Source: an uncultured Thermococci archaeon (GTDB lineage: Archaea > CAYQAE01 > CAYVLA01). Taken from it: a stretch of DNA of 64,000 nt. This document shows, piece by piece, positions 1 through 8,995 of the stretch. The number at the start of each line of letters is the position of its first letter. Within the stretch, counting starts at the first letter, position 1. The translations under genes and the position numbers were made by a program. The stretch lies in the NCBI GenBank assembly GCA_964549615.1, contig CAZJVP010000051.1:64001-128000 (forward strand), read 5' to 3'. A model generated the notes under the pieces. That model worked only from the letters and a program-made list of their open reading frames with translations. It was not told where the DNA came from and did not search any database.

Positions 1-616
1 GGAGCTCGTCCACGGGTTCAAAGCCCGTTTCAGGCGGCAAGACTCCCTCCCCTTCTTGACGATCGTGCCAAGCCATGGGCTCGCCGATCCCACTCCGGGC
101 TCCCCCGCCCTGGTGAGCCTGGCATGCCTGAAGGACTCGATCTATACAAGAAACGAGCTGAGCCGACTTTGGAACCAGGCTAGGACCGATCTGTTGGTCG
201 AAAGAACGCCAATGGTTCTGGGAGGTGGAAGGCTTCCGTTCGGGGTCTTGGTCAGGGCAGGCGAAAGGCGCCCCTACCTCGGTGATGAGGAGTACCACGG
301 CCCCACCGTCTGGCCAAGGGATACGCCCTATCTCATACGCCTGCTTGAGGCGACGGGGGGAGATGTCAGAGGCATCCTCCTAAACAATCTTGACCACATG
401 ATTGCCGAGGGGGCCTTCGGATACTGCAGCGAGCTGTTTAGCCTGCCGGTGGGGTGCGCGGCGGGTGGGATGTCGGACAATCCGGTTCCTGTGAAGAACC
501 CGGCCCAGTACTGGAGCCATTGGTGCGACCCCTACCTGGACCATCTTCGCGATCTTGGGCTTAGGTCGCTAGGTCGGGAAAAAGCTGTTGAGCGGAACGC
601 AGTTCAGGCCGACTAG
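1..616 (+). CDS. C-terminal part of a glycogen debranching enzyme-like (amylo-alpha-1,6-glucosidase) protein, 5'-truncated by the window
   Basis: Frame is open from position 2. YHGPTVWP resembles the GDE YHxGxVWP motif, followed by SELF and QYWS; it sits in a glycogen gene cluster. Confidence 0.65.
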   Translation, partial: ELVHGFKARFRRQDSLPFLTIVPSHGLADPTPGSPALVSLACLKDSIYTRNELSRLWNQARTDLLVERTPMVLGGGRLPFGVLVRAGERRPYLGDEEYHGPTVWPRDTPYLIRLLEATGGDVRGILLNNLDHMIAEGAFGYCSELFSLPVGCAAGGMSDNPVPVKNPAQYWSHWCDPYLDHLRDLGLRSLGREKAVERNAVQAD

Positions 617-625
617 GAGGCAGGG

Positions 626-958
626 TTACCGCAGGCGGCTTTTCCGGAGTCTATCAAGCCTTCCGTCGACGGCCTTTCGAAGCATGGCGCGCAGCTCCTC
701 GCCTTTCAGCCCCTTCTCCCTTAGGCGGCCTACCTGCTTCGCCAGAACATCATCGCCGAGCGATCGTATCCAGTTCTCGAAGTCGCCCCTGTTGACATGG
801 AACTCTATGGAGGCGATATCGATATCCTCGAGGGCCTTGGCAAAGCTCGGCAGACCCGTCGCAGATCTTCCCGTGTAACGGTCGATGTCGGTGTAGAAGT
901 AGAACGCCTTCTCGCCCGGCACATCCTCAAGCAGCTTCTCCGTCTTCGATTTGGCCAT
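626..958 (-). CDS. DUF5752-like small protein
   Basis: AFYF...SIEFH...GDFENWI...GD..LA pattern; the same pattern occurs at the C-terminus of the GH57 protein at 2469-4010. Confidence 0.75.
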   Translation of the reverse strand: MAKSKTEKLLEDVPGEKAFYFYTDIDRYTGRSATGLPSFAKALEDIDIASIEFHVNRGDFENWIRSLGDDVLAKQVGRLREKGLKGEELRAMLRKAVDGRLDRLRKSRLR

Positions 959-1175
959 GTAGGTCCCCCCTGGAACCTCGCACGGTTGGTGATGAACCTG
1001 TTTATAATTCTTCCTGCCGCAGGCGCGGAAGCCTCAATTCTGTCCACGACAAGCAAGCTTGGCTCTGATGACGAAGGAATCGTCGGCATTGAAAAGGCAG
1101 GCCATCCCCGGGGGATCATCTATTAGAATGATGCCGGATCCTGCGTATTGTGAGATCGCAGGCAGGAGACTGCTG

Positions 1176-2420
1176 ATGAGGATAGCCTTCTTCGCTTGGG
1201 AGTACCCCCCGGTCGTGGTCGGCGGGCTGGGGATGTATGCTGAGAACATGGCCAGGGCTATTGTGGAGCTGGGGCACGACGTCGCGGTGTTTGCCCTCAA
1301 CAACGGGCAGCTGCCCACGCGGGAGATCATGAGGGGAGTCGAGGTTCACAGGCCCATCATAACCGATGCGTCCAAGATCTTTCCCCTCCTCTCAGAGGAG
1401 CTGAGGGGCTGGGGGGACAATGTGAAGTTCTTCAGCGACTTCTTCCAGTACAACCTGCTGTCCGCCTCGAAGTTGGTGAACAGTCTGGCCAAAAAGGAAG
1501 GATTCAGGTACGACCTCGTAAGCTTCCACGACTGGCTCAACAGCGTTGCCGGGCTGATCACCAAGGACGAGCTGAAACTGCCCGCCGTCTTCCATGCCCA
1601 TTCCACGGAATGGGGTAGAACCGGGGGCGGGTCCGCCATCGTGAACCGGCTTGAATGGGAGGCTGCCACCCGGGCCGATTCGATCATTACGGTGAGCCAC
1701 GCCATGAAGCGGGACCTCGTCGACCACAGCTGGCCTGAGGACAAGATACACGTCATTTGGAACGGCATAGACCCCCAGACCTACGATCCCCGTTCATGCG
1801 ACCCGGCTGATACGCAGTCCTTGAGGGCTGCCTACGGCATCGGGGAGGAGGACGAGATGATCCTGTTCGTCGGCCGGCTCACGTGGGTGAAGGGTGCCAA
1901 GAACTTGGTGCAGGCGATGCCGCAGGTCCTGAGCCAGCATCCTAAAGCCAAGCTTGTCCTGCTCGGAGAGGGGGAGGAGCAAGCCGAGTTGCAGGCCCTG
2001 GCCTCGAGGCTGGGCATAGGGGATAGACTGCGGTTCCGCTTCCAATTCGTGCCCGAGCGTGAAAGGGTCGCCCACTACGCGGCGGCGGATCTGTGCGTTT
2101 TCCCGTCGATATACGAGCCATTCGGCATAGTCGGCTTGGAGGCGATGGCGATGGAGAAGCCGCTGGTCGTCGGCGCAAAGGGCGTCGTCGGACTGAGGGA
2201 GCAGGTGGTCCCCTCGGGCCCGGACCAGACGGGCATACACGTTGACGGCAACAGCCCCATGGATATCGCATGGGGCATCATGGCGGCGCTGAGCGACAGG
2301 GAGAGGGCGAGGAGCTGGGGCAGGAACGGAAGGAGGAGGGTCCTGCAGCATTTCACCTGGAGAAGGGTTGCGGAGCAGACGATCAGTCGCTACGAAGAAG
2401 CGATTCAAGCTCGCGGATGA
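1176..2420 (+). CDS. GT4 glycosyltransferase (glycogen synthase-like)
   Basis: MRIAFFAWEYPP..VGGLG start, HDW, HSTEWGR, FVGRL, PSIYEPFGIVGLEAMA; GGAG upstream of the ATG at 1176. Confidence 0.9.
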   Translation: MRIAFFAWEYPPVVVGGLGMYAENMARAIVELGHDVAVFALNNGQLPTREIMRGVEVHRPIITDASKIFPLLSEELRGWGDNVKFFSDFFQYNLLSASKLVNSLAKKEGFRYDLVSFHDWLNSVAGLITKDELKLPAVFHAHSTEWGRTGGGSAIVNRLEWEAATRADSIITVSHAMKRDLVDHSWPEDKIHVIWNGIDPQTYDPRSCDPADTQSLRAAYGIGEEDEMILFVGRLTWVKGAKNLVQAMPQVLSQHPKAKLVLLGEGEEQAELQALASRLGIGDRLRFRFQFVPERERVAHYAAADLCVFPSIYEPFGIVGLEAMAMEKPLVVGAKGVVGLREQVVPSGPDQTGIHVDGNSPMDIAWGIMAALSDRERARSWGRNGRRRVLQHFTWRRVAEQTISRYEEAIQARG

Positions 2421-2468
2421 TCCGCCGGCTGCTTAAGGTTCGAAGACTTTTCGGGATGTGGTCGGGTC

Positions 2469-4010
2469 ATGCCGGATATCTGTCTCGGGTTCGAGGTCCA
2501 CCAGCCGTTCAGGATAGATGGAAGCTTCCGTGACGAACTCGCCAGGGGGAAGAGGCTGGGGAAGCTTCTCGACGTCTATTTTGACAACAGGCTGAACCGC
2601 GACGTGCTCAAGAGGGTTGCCGCGAAGTGTTACCTCCCTGCCAACGAGATCGTCCTAAGGGAGATCGACGAGCTGAAGGATATGGGGCGGGAGTTCAGGG
2701 TGGTCTACAGCCTCTCGGGGGTTTTGGTGGAGCAGTTGGAGCGGTGGGCGCCCGATGCGCTTGCGACCTTCAGGCAGCTCGCAGAGACGGGCCGGGTGGA
2801 GTTTCTCGCCCAGACCTACTACCACTCGCTGTCGAGCCTCTATTCCTCCGAGAGAAGCGAGTTCATCGAGCAGGTGCGGCTTCATGTTGCGCTCATGCGG
2901 GATGTGTTCGGCCTGGAGCCAAGGGTGTTCGAGAACACGGAATTCATCTACAACGACGAGATCGCGAGGGTCGTCCAGGGGATGGGTTTTGCGGGCATGT
3001 TCACGGAGGGCCGTCCGAGGATACTTGGGTGGAGGTCGCCTAACCACGTCTACAGGGCGGGCGGGTGTGGCATAGCCGTTCTGCTCAGGAACCACGTATT
3101 GTCCGACGACATAGCATTCAGGTTCTCGGCCCGGGATTGGCTGGAGTGGCCCCTGACCGCCGACAAGTATGCTTCGTGGCTCTCGGCAACCGCGGGCGAG
3201 TGCGTGGTCGTATTCATCGACTACGAGACCTTTGGGGAGCATCACTGGCCAGAGACCGGGATACTTGAGTTCCTGAGATGGTTGCCGATCGAGGTGGCCA
3301 AACAGGGGAACCTCTCCTTCAAGACGGCGTCCGAATTGATAGCCTCTCACCAGCCCGTCGGGGAGGTCAGCGTCGCTCCACTGGATACGGTCTCCTGGGC
3401 GGATGCCGACGGGACGACGAACGCTTGGTTGGGCAACGATATGCAGAGGACATCGTATCATGCTTTGAGGAGGATGGAGCCTTGGGTGAGGAGGACTGGA
3501 AACCAGGAGATACTGAGGCTCTGGAGGCTTCTTCAGACCAGTGACCATCTCTACTATATGTACACCCAGCCGGGAGCATCGGGTCTCGTCCATGGATACT
3601 TCAGCTCGCAGCCGCCGGCCAGGGCGTTCAGGGCGTTCATGAGGATACTCTCAAGCTTGCAGAAGAGGACGGCCCAGCATCTCGCGGAGCCCTACGCGAC
3701 TTCCGCCCGACTTCTCCGTGCCGTCCCGCCGGACGTGGCCTTCCATTTCCACGAGGATGGGAGGTACATCGATCTCTCGGCACATTCTCTGGAGGAGTTC
3801 CACGATGCCCTAGCTCTCGCCAGCGACCGCTCGATCCTGTTTCACAGCAAGTCGAAGGATTTCGAAAGATGGGTCGGCGGCACCATAGGCGATGTCAAGC
3901 TTGCGCGGCTCATCCGAAGGATTGCAGGAACAAGCGCATCTGAGCTCCGAACCAATCTGAGAGGATGCGTAGAGGGGAGGTTGAACGAGCTAAAGCTAGG
4001 GTCCTGCTAG
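2469..4010 (+). CDS. GH57 alpha-amylase with a C-terminal DUF5752-like domain
   Basis: FEVHQP, QTYYHSL, FENTEFIY, DYETFGEH and LQTSDHLYYM are GH57 motifs; C-terminal AFHF...SILFH...DFERWV. Confidence 0.9.
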   Translation: MPDICLGFEVHQPFRIDGSFRDELARGKRLGKLLDVYFDNRLNRDVLKRVAAKCYLPANEIVLREIDELKDMGREFRVVYSLSGVLVEQLERWAPDALATFRQLAETGRVEFLAQTYYHSLSSLYSSERSEFIEQVRLHVALMRDVFGLEPRVFENTEFIYNDEIARVVQGMGFAGMFTEGRPRILGWRSPNHVYRAGGCGIAVLLRNHVLSDDIAFRFSARDWLEWPLTADKYASWLSATAGECVVVFIDYETFGEHHWPETGILEFLRWLPIEVAKQGNLSFKTASELIASHQPVGEVSVAPLDTVSWADADGTTNAWLGNDMQRTSYHALRRMEPWVRRTGNQEILRLWRLLQTSDHLYYMYTQPGASGLVHGYFSSQPPARAFRAFMRILSSLQKRTAQHLAEPYATSARLLRAVPPDVAFHFHEDGRYIDLSAHSLEEFHDALALASDRSILFHSKSKDFERWVGGTIGDVKLARLIRRIAGTSASELRTNLRGCVEGRLNELKLGSC

Positions 4011-4229
4011 GATCTCGTCTCGTCGCCTTTGCCATTTGCGTAATGCCGGCAGGAAGGGTGACCAGATATTTTTATGGAAGGCTCACCGTTGGTTCCCAGC
4101 TGCGGTTGGGACCGCGGTCGCCGGGAAGCGATTCCTGGGGATATGTTGTGGGCGGCTCGCGGTCGGAAGGTCACGCTTGGTCCGTGGAGACTGTGATAGG
4201 ATTGCGCCAAGGGGGTATACGCTTTTAGA

Positions 4230-5390
4230 GTGGCCATGCTTGCGTGGGAGTCCCTCTATACGGTCCAAGTAGGCGGGCTTGCGGTGGCGGTGAGCAACCT
4301 GGCGGAGGAGCTTGCTCGCGCCGGACACGAGGTCCACTATTTCACCCGAAGGGCGCCCGGGCAGCCGGGGTACATGGAGATCAATGGCGTCCACTACGAG
4401 ACCTTCCCATCCGATCCCGGGCTTGGCACTTACGCGTTTGCACACAGCCTCTCGATGTCGATCGTCGATGGCCTTCACCAGGTCGAGAGACATGTGGGGG
4501 AGTTCGACATAGTGCACGGGCACGACTGGCTGATGATCGATGCCCTGCACGCCCTGAAGAATGAGGGCCGACCGGTCGTCCTCACCTATCATTCGACCGA
4601 GTACGGTCGGAACGGGGGAGCATTCGGCAGCTGGCCGGAGTTCGCGCAGATCTCGGCGGTAGAGCGACGTGGGGGAGCCATCGCGGACCGGGTGACCACG
4701 GTCTCGCGCTGCATGAAGGAGGAGCTGAACTTCCTCTACGGGATTTCGCCGGGCAAGATAGACGTCATTCCCAACGGGATAGATCCGCTCAAGTTCAGGC
4801 TCAAGCTCGATCCCGGCGCGACGAAGCAGAGGTACGGCCTACACCCGTTGGCGCCGGTGGTGATGTTCATCGGAAGGCTGGAACATCAGAAAGGGCCGGA
4901 TATTCTGGTGGAAGCGATTCCCAAGGTCCTTGCGAATAGATGGGATGCGAGGTTCATCTTCAGCGGGCGGGGCAGCATGAGGAGCTACCTTGAGCGCAGG
5001 GCCGGTGAGCTCGGGGTTGCACACGCCGCGAAATTTCTCGATTTCCTGCCGCACCGGGACTTCATCGAGCTTCTCAACTCCTCAGATATAGTGTGCCTGC
5101 CCAGCAGGAACGAACCTTTCGGGATAGCGCTTCTCGAGGCATGGGCTGCCGAGAGACCCGTCGTGGCGGCAGACGTTGGGGGTTTCGGCGAGAACATCGA
5201 GGACTCCGTGGACGGTATCAAGGTCCTTCCGAACCCAGATTCCGTTGCCCGGGGAATCAACTACCTGCTCGATTCGCCCGAGCTCATGCGGAAGATATCC
5301 CAGGGCGGTGCCAGGAAGGTCAGGCAGTTCAGCTGGGAGAAGGCCGTATCCAAGCTGATTGGCACCTATTCCGCGGTCTTGCACGGATAG
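4230..5390 (+). CDS. GT4 glycosyltransferase
   Basis: AWES...VGGL, HGHDW, HSTEYGR, FIGRLEHQKG, PSRNEPFGIALLEAWA. Confidence 0.9.
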   Translation: MAMLAWESLYTVQVGGLAVAVSNLAEELARAGHEVHYFTRRAPGQPGYMEINGVHYETFPSDPGLGTYAFAHSLSMSIVDGLHQVERHVGEFDIVHGHDWLMIDALHALKNEGRPVVLTYHSTEYGRNGGAFGSWPEFAQISAVERRGGAIADRVTTVSRCMKEELNFLYGISPGKIDVIPNGIDPLKFRLKLDPGATKQRYGLHPLAPVVMFIGRLEHQKGPDILVEAIPKVLANRWDARFIFSGRGSMRSYLERRAGELGVAHAAKFLDFLPHRDFIELLNSSDIVCLPSRNEPFGIALLEAWAAERPVVAADVGGFGENIEDSVDGIKVLPNPDSVARGINYLLDSPELMRKISQGGARKVRQFSWEKAVSKLIGTYSAVLHG

Positions 5391-5422
5391 CCTCTGCCGA
5401 GCCTTGACGGGCCGGTTTCGCC

Positions 5423-7192
5423 CTAAAGGTAGGCCTCGGTGACGTACCGGTACATCATCCTGTTGCTGTTGAAATAGTAGGCTATCTTGCCGATCGAGTT
5501 CTTCATGAGCTCGATCCACTCGCTCCTTCTCTGGTAGAAGGTTGGGCCTATCACGTAGGAGAGCTTGCCGTATAGGTCGTCGAGTTCCCGGCTGCGGCGG
5601 GCCTCGGGGCTCAGACTCTCCTCGGGTGCCGGTCCTATGGACCAGCCGGTCACGCCCTCGATGCATCCCTCGACCCACCAGCCGTCCAAGACGCTGAAGT
5701 TAACCACGCCGTTGTGGGCCGCCTTCATGCCGCTGGTCCCGGAGGCCTCGAAGGGCGGTAGGGGCGTGTTCAGCCAGACATCGACCCCGGCGGTGAGCTT
5801 GGCCGCCATCTGCATGTTGTAGTCCTCGAGGTACACGATGGGGATCTCGTTGCCGACCTCCCTGATGTGTCCGTGGATCTCCTCTATGAGCTGCTTGCCC
5901 CAGGTATCCTTGGGGTGTGCCTTCCCGGCGAACACGGCTTGTATCCGATGCTTCCTATTCGCGTCCTTCAGCCTTTCCAGATCCGCGAAGAGGAGGTTGG
6001 GTCGTTTGTAGGCGGTCGCCCTGCGCGCGAAACCGAGGGTCAGGACGGTGGGATCAAGGTTGATCTCTGTCTTCTTCCAGACGAAGTCAAGAAGCTCCTT
6101 CTTGGCCTGCATATGCGCGTCCCAGATCTCTTCATCCGGGATGATATCGACCCTCACGAGCAGGGCAGGCTCGTTTGCCCAGCCGGGCAGATACCTGTCG
6201 TACAGCCTCCTCATGCTCTCGCACGTCCATGTGTAGGAGTGCACGCCGTTGTTGATCGCGGTGATGTGGTGCCCCGGGAAGAGCTGCATGGAGAGATCCC
6301 TGTGCCTGTTGGCAACGCCGTTGACGTACTTGCTGAGATTCAGGGCAAGTGCGGTCATGTTCAGCTTGTCCCGTCCGCCAAGCTGTTTGAGCAGATCCAA
6401 CGGTATGATCGGCCCCATGATGGCCTGGACGAGGTCGTAGGGGAACTTGTCATGGCCCGCCTCAACCGGGGTGTGGGTGGTGAATATGCACAGGTCCCTC
6501 ACCGTGTCTGGAGCCATGCCGTTCGCGCGGAGAAGCTCGACCGCCAGCAGGCTCGAGTGGCCCTCGTTCATGTGGTATCGGCTGACCTTGAATCCCGCCG
6601 CCTCCAGCATGCGCACGCCGCCGATGCCGAGGACGATCTCCTGCTTCAACCTATACGCCTCGTCGCCGCCGTAGAGATAGTCGGTGATCGCCCTGTCTTG
6701 GGGCGCGTTGCCGTCCACATTCGTGTCCAGGAAGAGGATTGATACCAGCCCGCCGGTGGGGCTGACGTGATCATAAAGCCACGCCTTCACGCGAACCTCC
6801 CTGCCCTCTATCTGCACCCTGACCTGACAGGGAAGCTCGTTCATGAACTTGGCAGGATCCCATTCCACGGGCTCCTCAATCTGCTTGCCTTCCTTGGTGA
6901 TCCTCTGCCTCAGGTAGCCCTTCCTGCTAACCAGCGAAACCGCGACGAGCGGTATCCTCATATCTGCGCTTGACCTTATCGTATCGCCGGCCAGTACCCC
7001 CAGTCCGCCGCTGTAGGTGGGCATGTCGTCGTTCAACCCGATCTCCATCGAGAAGTAGGCTACCCTCTTTCCCTCCAAGAAGGCGTGCCGGCAGTAGTCG
7101 CTGCAGAAGCGGTATGTCCTTCCGCGCACGTCGACCTTGTGCCTGTCTGGATCGTCTCCAATGGGGACTCCGCACTGCGGATCGATGAACAT
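5423..7192 (-). CDS. glgP: alpha-glucan phosphorylase (GT35) with an N-terminal YHS/TRASH domain
   Basis: AYFSMEIG, YSGGLGVLAGD, HMNEGH, FARRATAYKR and the PLP-lysine motif EASGTSGMKA; N-terminal DPQCG...YRFCSDYC. Confidence 0.93.
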   Translation of the reverse strand: MFIDPQCGVPIGDDPDRHKVDVRGRTYRFCSDYCRHAFLEGKRVAYFSMEIGLNDDMPTYSGGLGVLAGDTIRSSADMRIPLVAVSLVSRKGYLRQRITKEGKQIEEPVEWDPAKFMNELPCQVRVQIEGREVRVKAWLYDHVSPTGGLVSILFLDTNVDGNAPQDRAITDYLYGGDEAYRLKQEIVLGIGGVRMLEAAGFKVSRYHMNEGHSSLLAVELLRANGMAPDTVRDLCIFTTHTPVEAGHDKFPYDLVQAIMGPIIPLDLLKQLGGRDKLNMTALALNLSKYVNGVANRHRDLSMQLFPGHHITAINNGVHSYTWTCESMRRLYDRYLPGWANEPALLVRVDIIPDEEIWDAHMQAKKELLDFVWKKTEINLDPTVLTLGFARRATAYKRPNLLFADLERLKDANRKHRIQAVFAGKAHPKDTWGKQLIEEIHGHIREVGNEIPIVYLEDYNMQMAAKLTAGVDVWLNTPLPPFEASGTSGMKAAHNGVVNFSVLDGWWVEGCIEGVTGWSIGPAPEESLSPEARRSRELDDLYGKLSYVIGPTFYQRRSEWIELMKNSIGKIAYYFNSNRMMYRYVTEAYL

Positions 7193-7391
7193 ATGTCGTG
7201 ACCTCTCAGGTCAAGTCGCGCGGACGCCGACGCCCACGTTGGCTTGGTACCTTGGAAGAGCACGGTTGCTGGGTGACCCTTGAAAATGGTTCCGCCAAAA
7301 AGGATGGTAAGTTGGAAAAAGGACAGCCAAGCATTCGACCGCCAGAGGTTGGACCCTTTGCTAGGAGGCTTGCAGAGCCCCGTGCGGCGCC

Positions 7392-8306
7392 TCAGGGCTG
7401 CCCGCCTCCGAGTTCTATGGCCTTCCTGACGAATCCGCCCGACCTCTTGAGGAGTTCCGATGCTTTTTCACGGTCCTGACCGGTCTTGGCCATAACCAGG
7501 GCGACCTTGACGTTGTACCCTGCGTCTTGCAACAATCGGTCGGCTTCGCTCGGCGAAAGGCCGGTCGTCAGGGCAAGGATCTTCCTTGCTCTCGAGCGCA
7601 GCTTCTCGCTCCAGGGTTGCAGGTCGACCATCAAGTTGCCGTAGACCTTTCCTAGCTTGATCATGGACGCTGTGCTGATCATGGTAAGAATGAGCTTCTG
7701 GGCCGTTGCGGCCTTCATGCGGGTCGATCCGGCAATGACCTCGGGCCCGGTGGGGACGGATATGCAGAGGTCGCATAGATCGGATAGCTCGGAGTTGGGC
7801 GTGCAGTCTATGCCCACCGTTCGTGCGCCAACCTCCTTGGCCCGCTTGAGGGCCGCAACGACCCAGGGGGTCCTCCCGCTTGCCGCAAGGCCGATCACCA
7901 GATCACCCGCGCGGACCCCGGCCTCGGACACGGCCTTCATTCCATCGGCCGCGCTGTCCTCGGCGCCCTCCTTTGCGCGAAACACCGCGTCAGGCCCTCC
8001 CGCGATGAGACCGCGGACTAGGTCAGGGGGTGTCCTGAACGTAGGCGGGCACTCCGCCGCGTCGATGATCCCGAGCCTGCCGCTCGTGCCGGCGCCCACG
8101 TAGAAGATTCGGCCGCCGGATCTGATCGTCTTGACGTATCGATCCACGGCCTCGGCAATCAGAGGGATCCTGGAGGAAACGACGATGGGAACCGACTTGT
8201 CCTCCTCGTTGATGAGGGTCAGGATGTCGACGGTCTGCATGGAGTCGATGTCCTTGGTCTTGGGATTCCTCGCCTCGGTCAGCAGCCTGTCCAAGTCAAC
8301 GCCCAT
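7392..8306 (-). CDS. murQ: N-acetylmuramic acid 6-phosphate etherase
   Basis: LTEARNP, YVGAGTSGRLG..DAAECPPTF, EGAED, AASGRTP, GPEVIAGSTRMKA.TAQKL, GKVYGNLMVD. Confidence 0.93.
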   Translation of the reverse strand: MGVDLDRLLTEARNPKTKDIDSMQTVDILTLINEEDKSVPIVVSSRIPLIAEAVDRYVKTIRSGGRIFYVGAGTSGRLGIIDAAECPPTFRTPPDLVRGLIAGGPDAVFRAKEGAEDSAADGMKAVSEAGVRAGDLVIGLAASGRTPWVVAALKRAKEVGARTVGIDCTPNSELSDLCDLCISVPTGPEVIAGSTRMKAATAQKLILTMISTASMIKLGKVYGNLMVDLQPWSEKLRSRARKILALTTGLSPSEADRLLQDAGYNVKVALVMAKTGQDREKASELLKRSGGFVRKAIELGGGQP

Positions 8307-8506
8307 GTGCGATCATCCATCTTGGACAAAAAGGCCACCCGGCTCCTCTCAAAAAGTTGCGTGGCGACGGACAGCTCTTGCGGCTATGCCATGGGTCTAT
8401 GGTTCGTCTATGGCTCGTCTTGCACGGGACCCGGCTGTAAGACTATTCAACACCCGGCAAAGAGAAGTTTCGGAGGCCCGGATTTTTTGGCTTCGCGTGA
8501 TTCGGC

Positions 8507-8995
8507 ATGATCGTGCTAGGAGGCTTGGATGGCGGAGGCACGAAGACCCTGTGTGCCCTCGTCGATGAGAGCGGCAGGGTCCTGGCCTTGCATGCCTCAG
8601 TGACCATAGTTAGGGAAGCCGCGAAGAACCTTGCCGAGATGGTGAGGGCGGTGGCGAGGAAGCTGGGTGTTGTCGAGAATTTCGAGCTGGCGTGCGTCGG
8701 CGGCATGTTCCGTGATGGCGAGTTGATGCTTTCCGCCTTGGATGAAGAACTGAGAATGTTTGGGCTCAGGTGCAACCTCGTCGGGCCGGAACTTCCGCCC
8801 GTCGGGGGTGCTCTGCTGATCGCATCCACGATGCTTGGGGTGCCCAGCTCGAGCGGTTTCACCGCTAGGCTCAAGAACTCGTGCTACGCGTATGTGATGC
8901 GGCAGGAGAGTGTGCCCAGCCCGAGCGGTTTCACCGCTAGGCTCAAGGGGGGTCTTTCGGCGGCGTGGACGGTGACCAACCGATGGTTCGAATGA
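8507..8995 (+). pseudogene. BadF/BadG/BcrA/BcrD-family (GlcNAc/MurNAc kinase-like) gene with a large in-frame internal deletion
   Basis: The N-terminal GLDGGGTKT motif is joined directly to C-terminal segments (I.REAA..LAEM, ACVGGMF, PPVGGALL). At 162 aa it is about half the usual length. Confidence 0.7.
8840..8947. repeat. two 36-bp direct repeats separated by 36 bp
   Basis: GTGCCCAGC(T/C)CGAGCGGTTTCACCGCTAGGCTCAAG at 8840-8875 and 8912-8947 (35/36 identical), each with an AGCGGT-TTC-ACCGCT hairpin. Confidence 0.9.

Noticed and set aside
8394-8420. GTCTATGG(T/C)TC tandem between murQ and the kinase gene
   Set aside because: Short and imperfect; cannot be supported as an operator.
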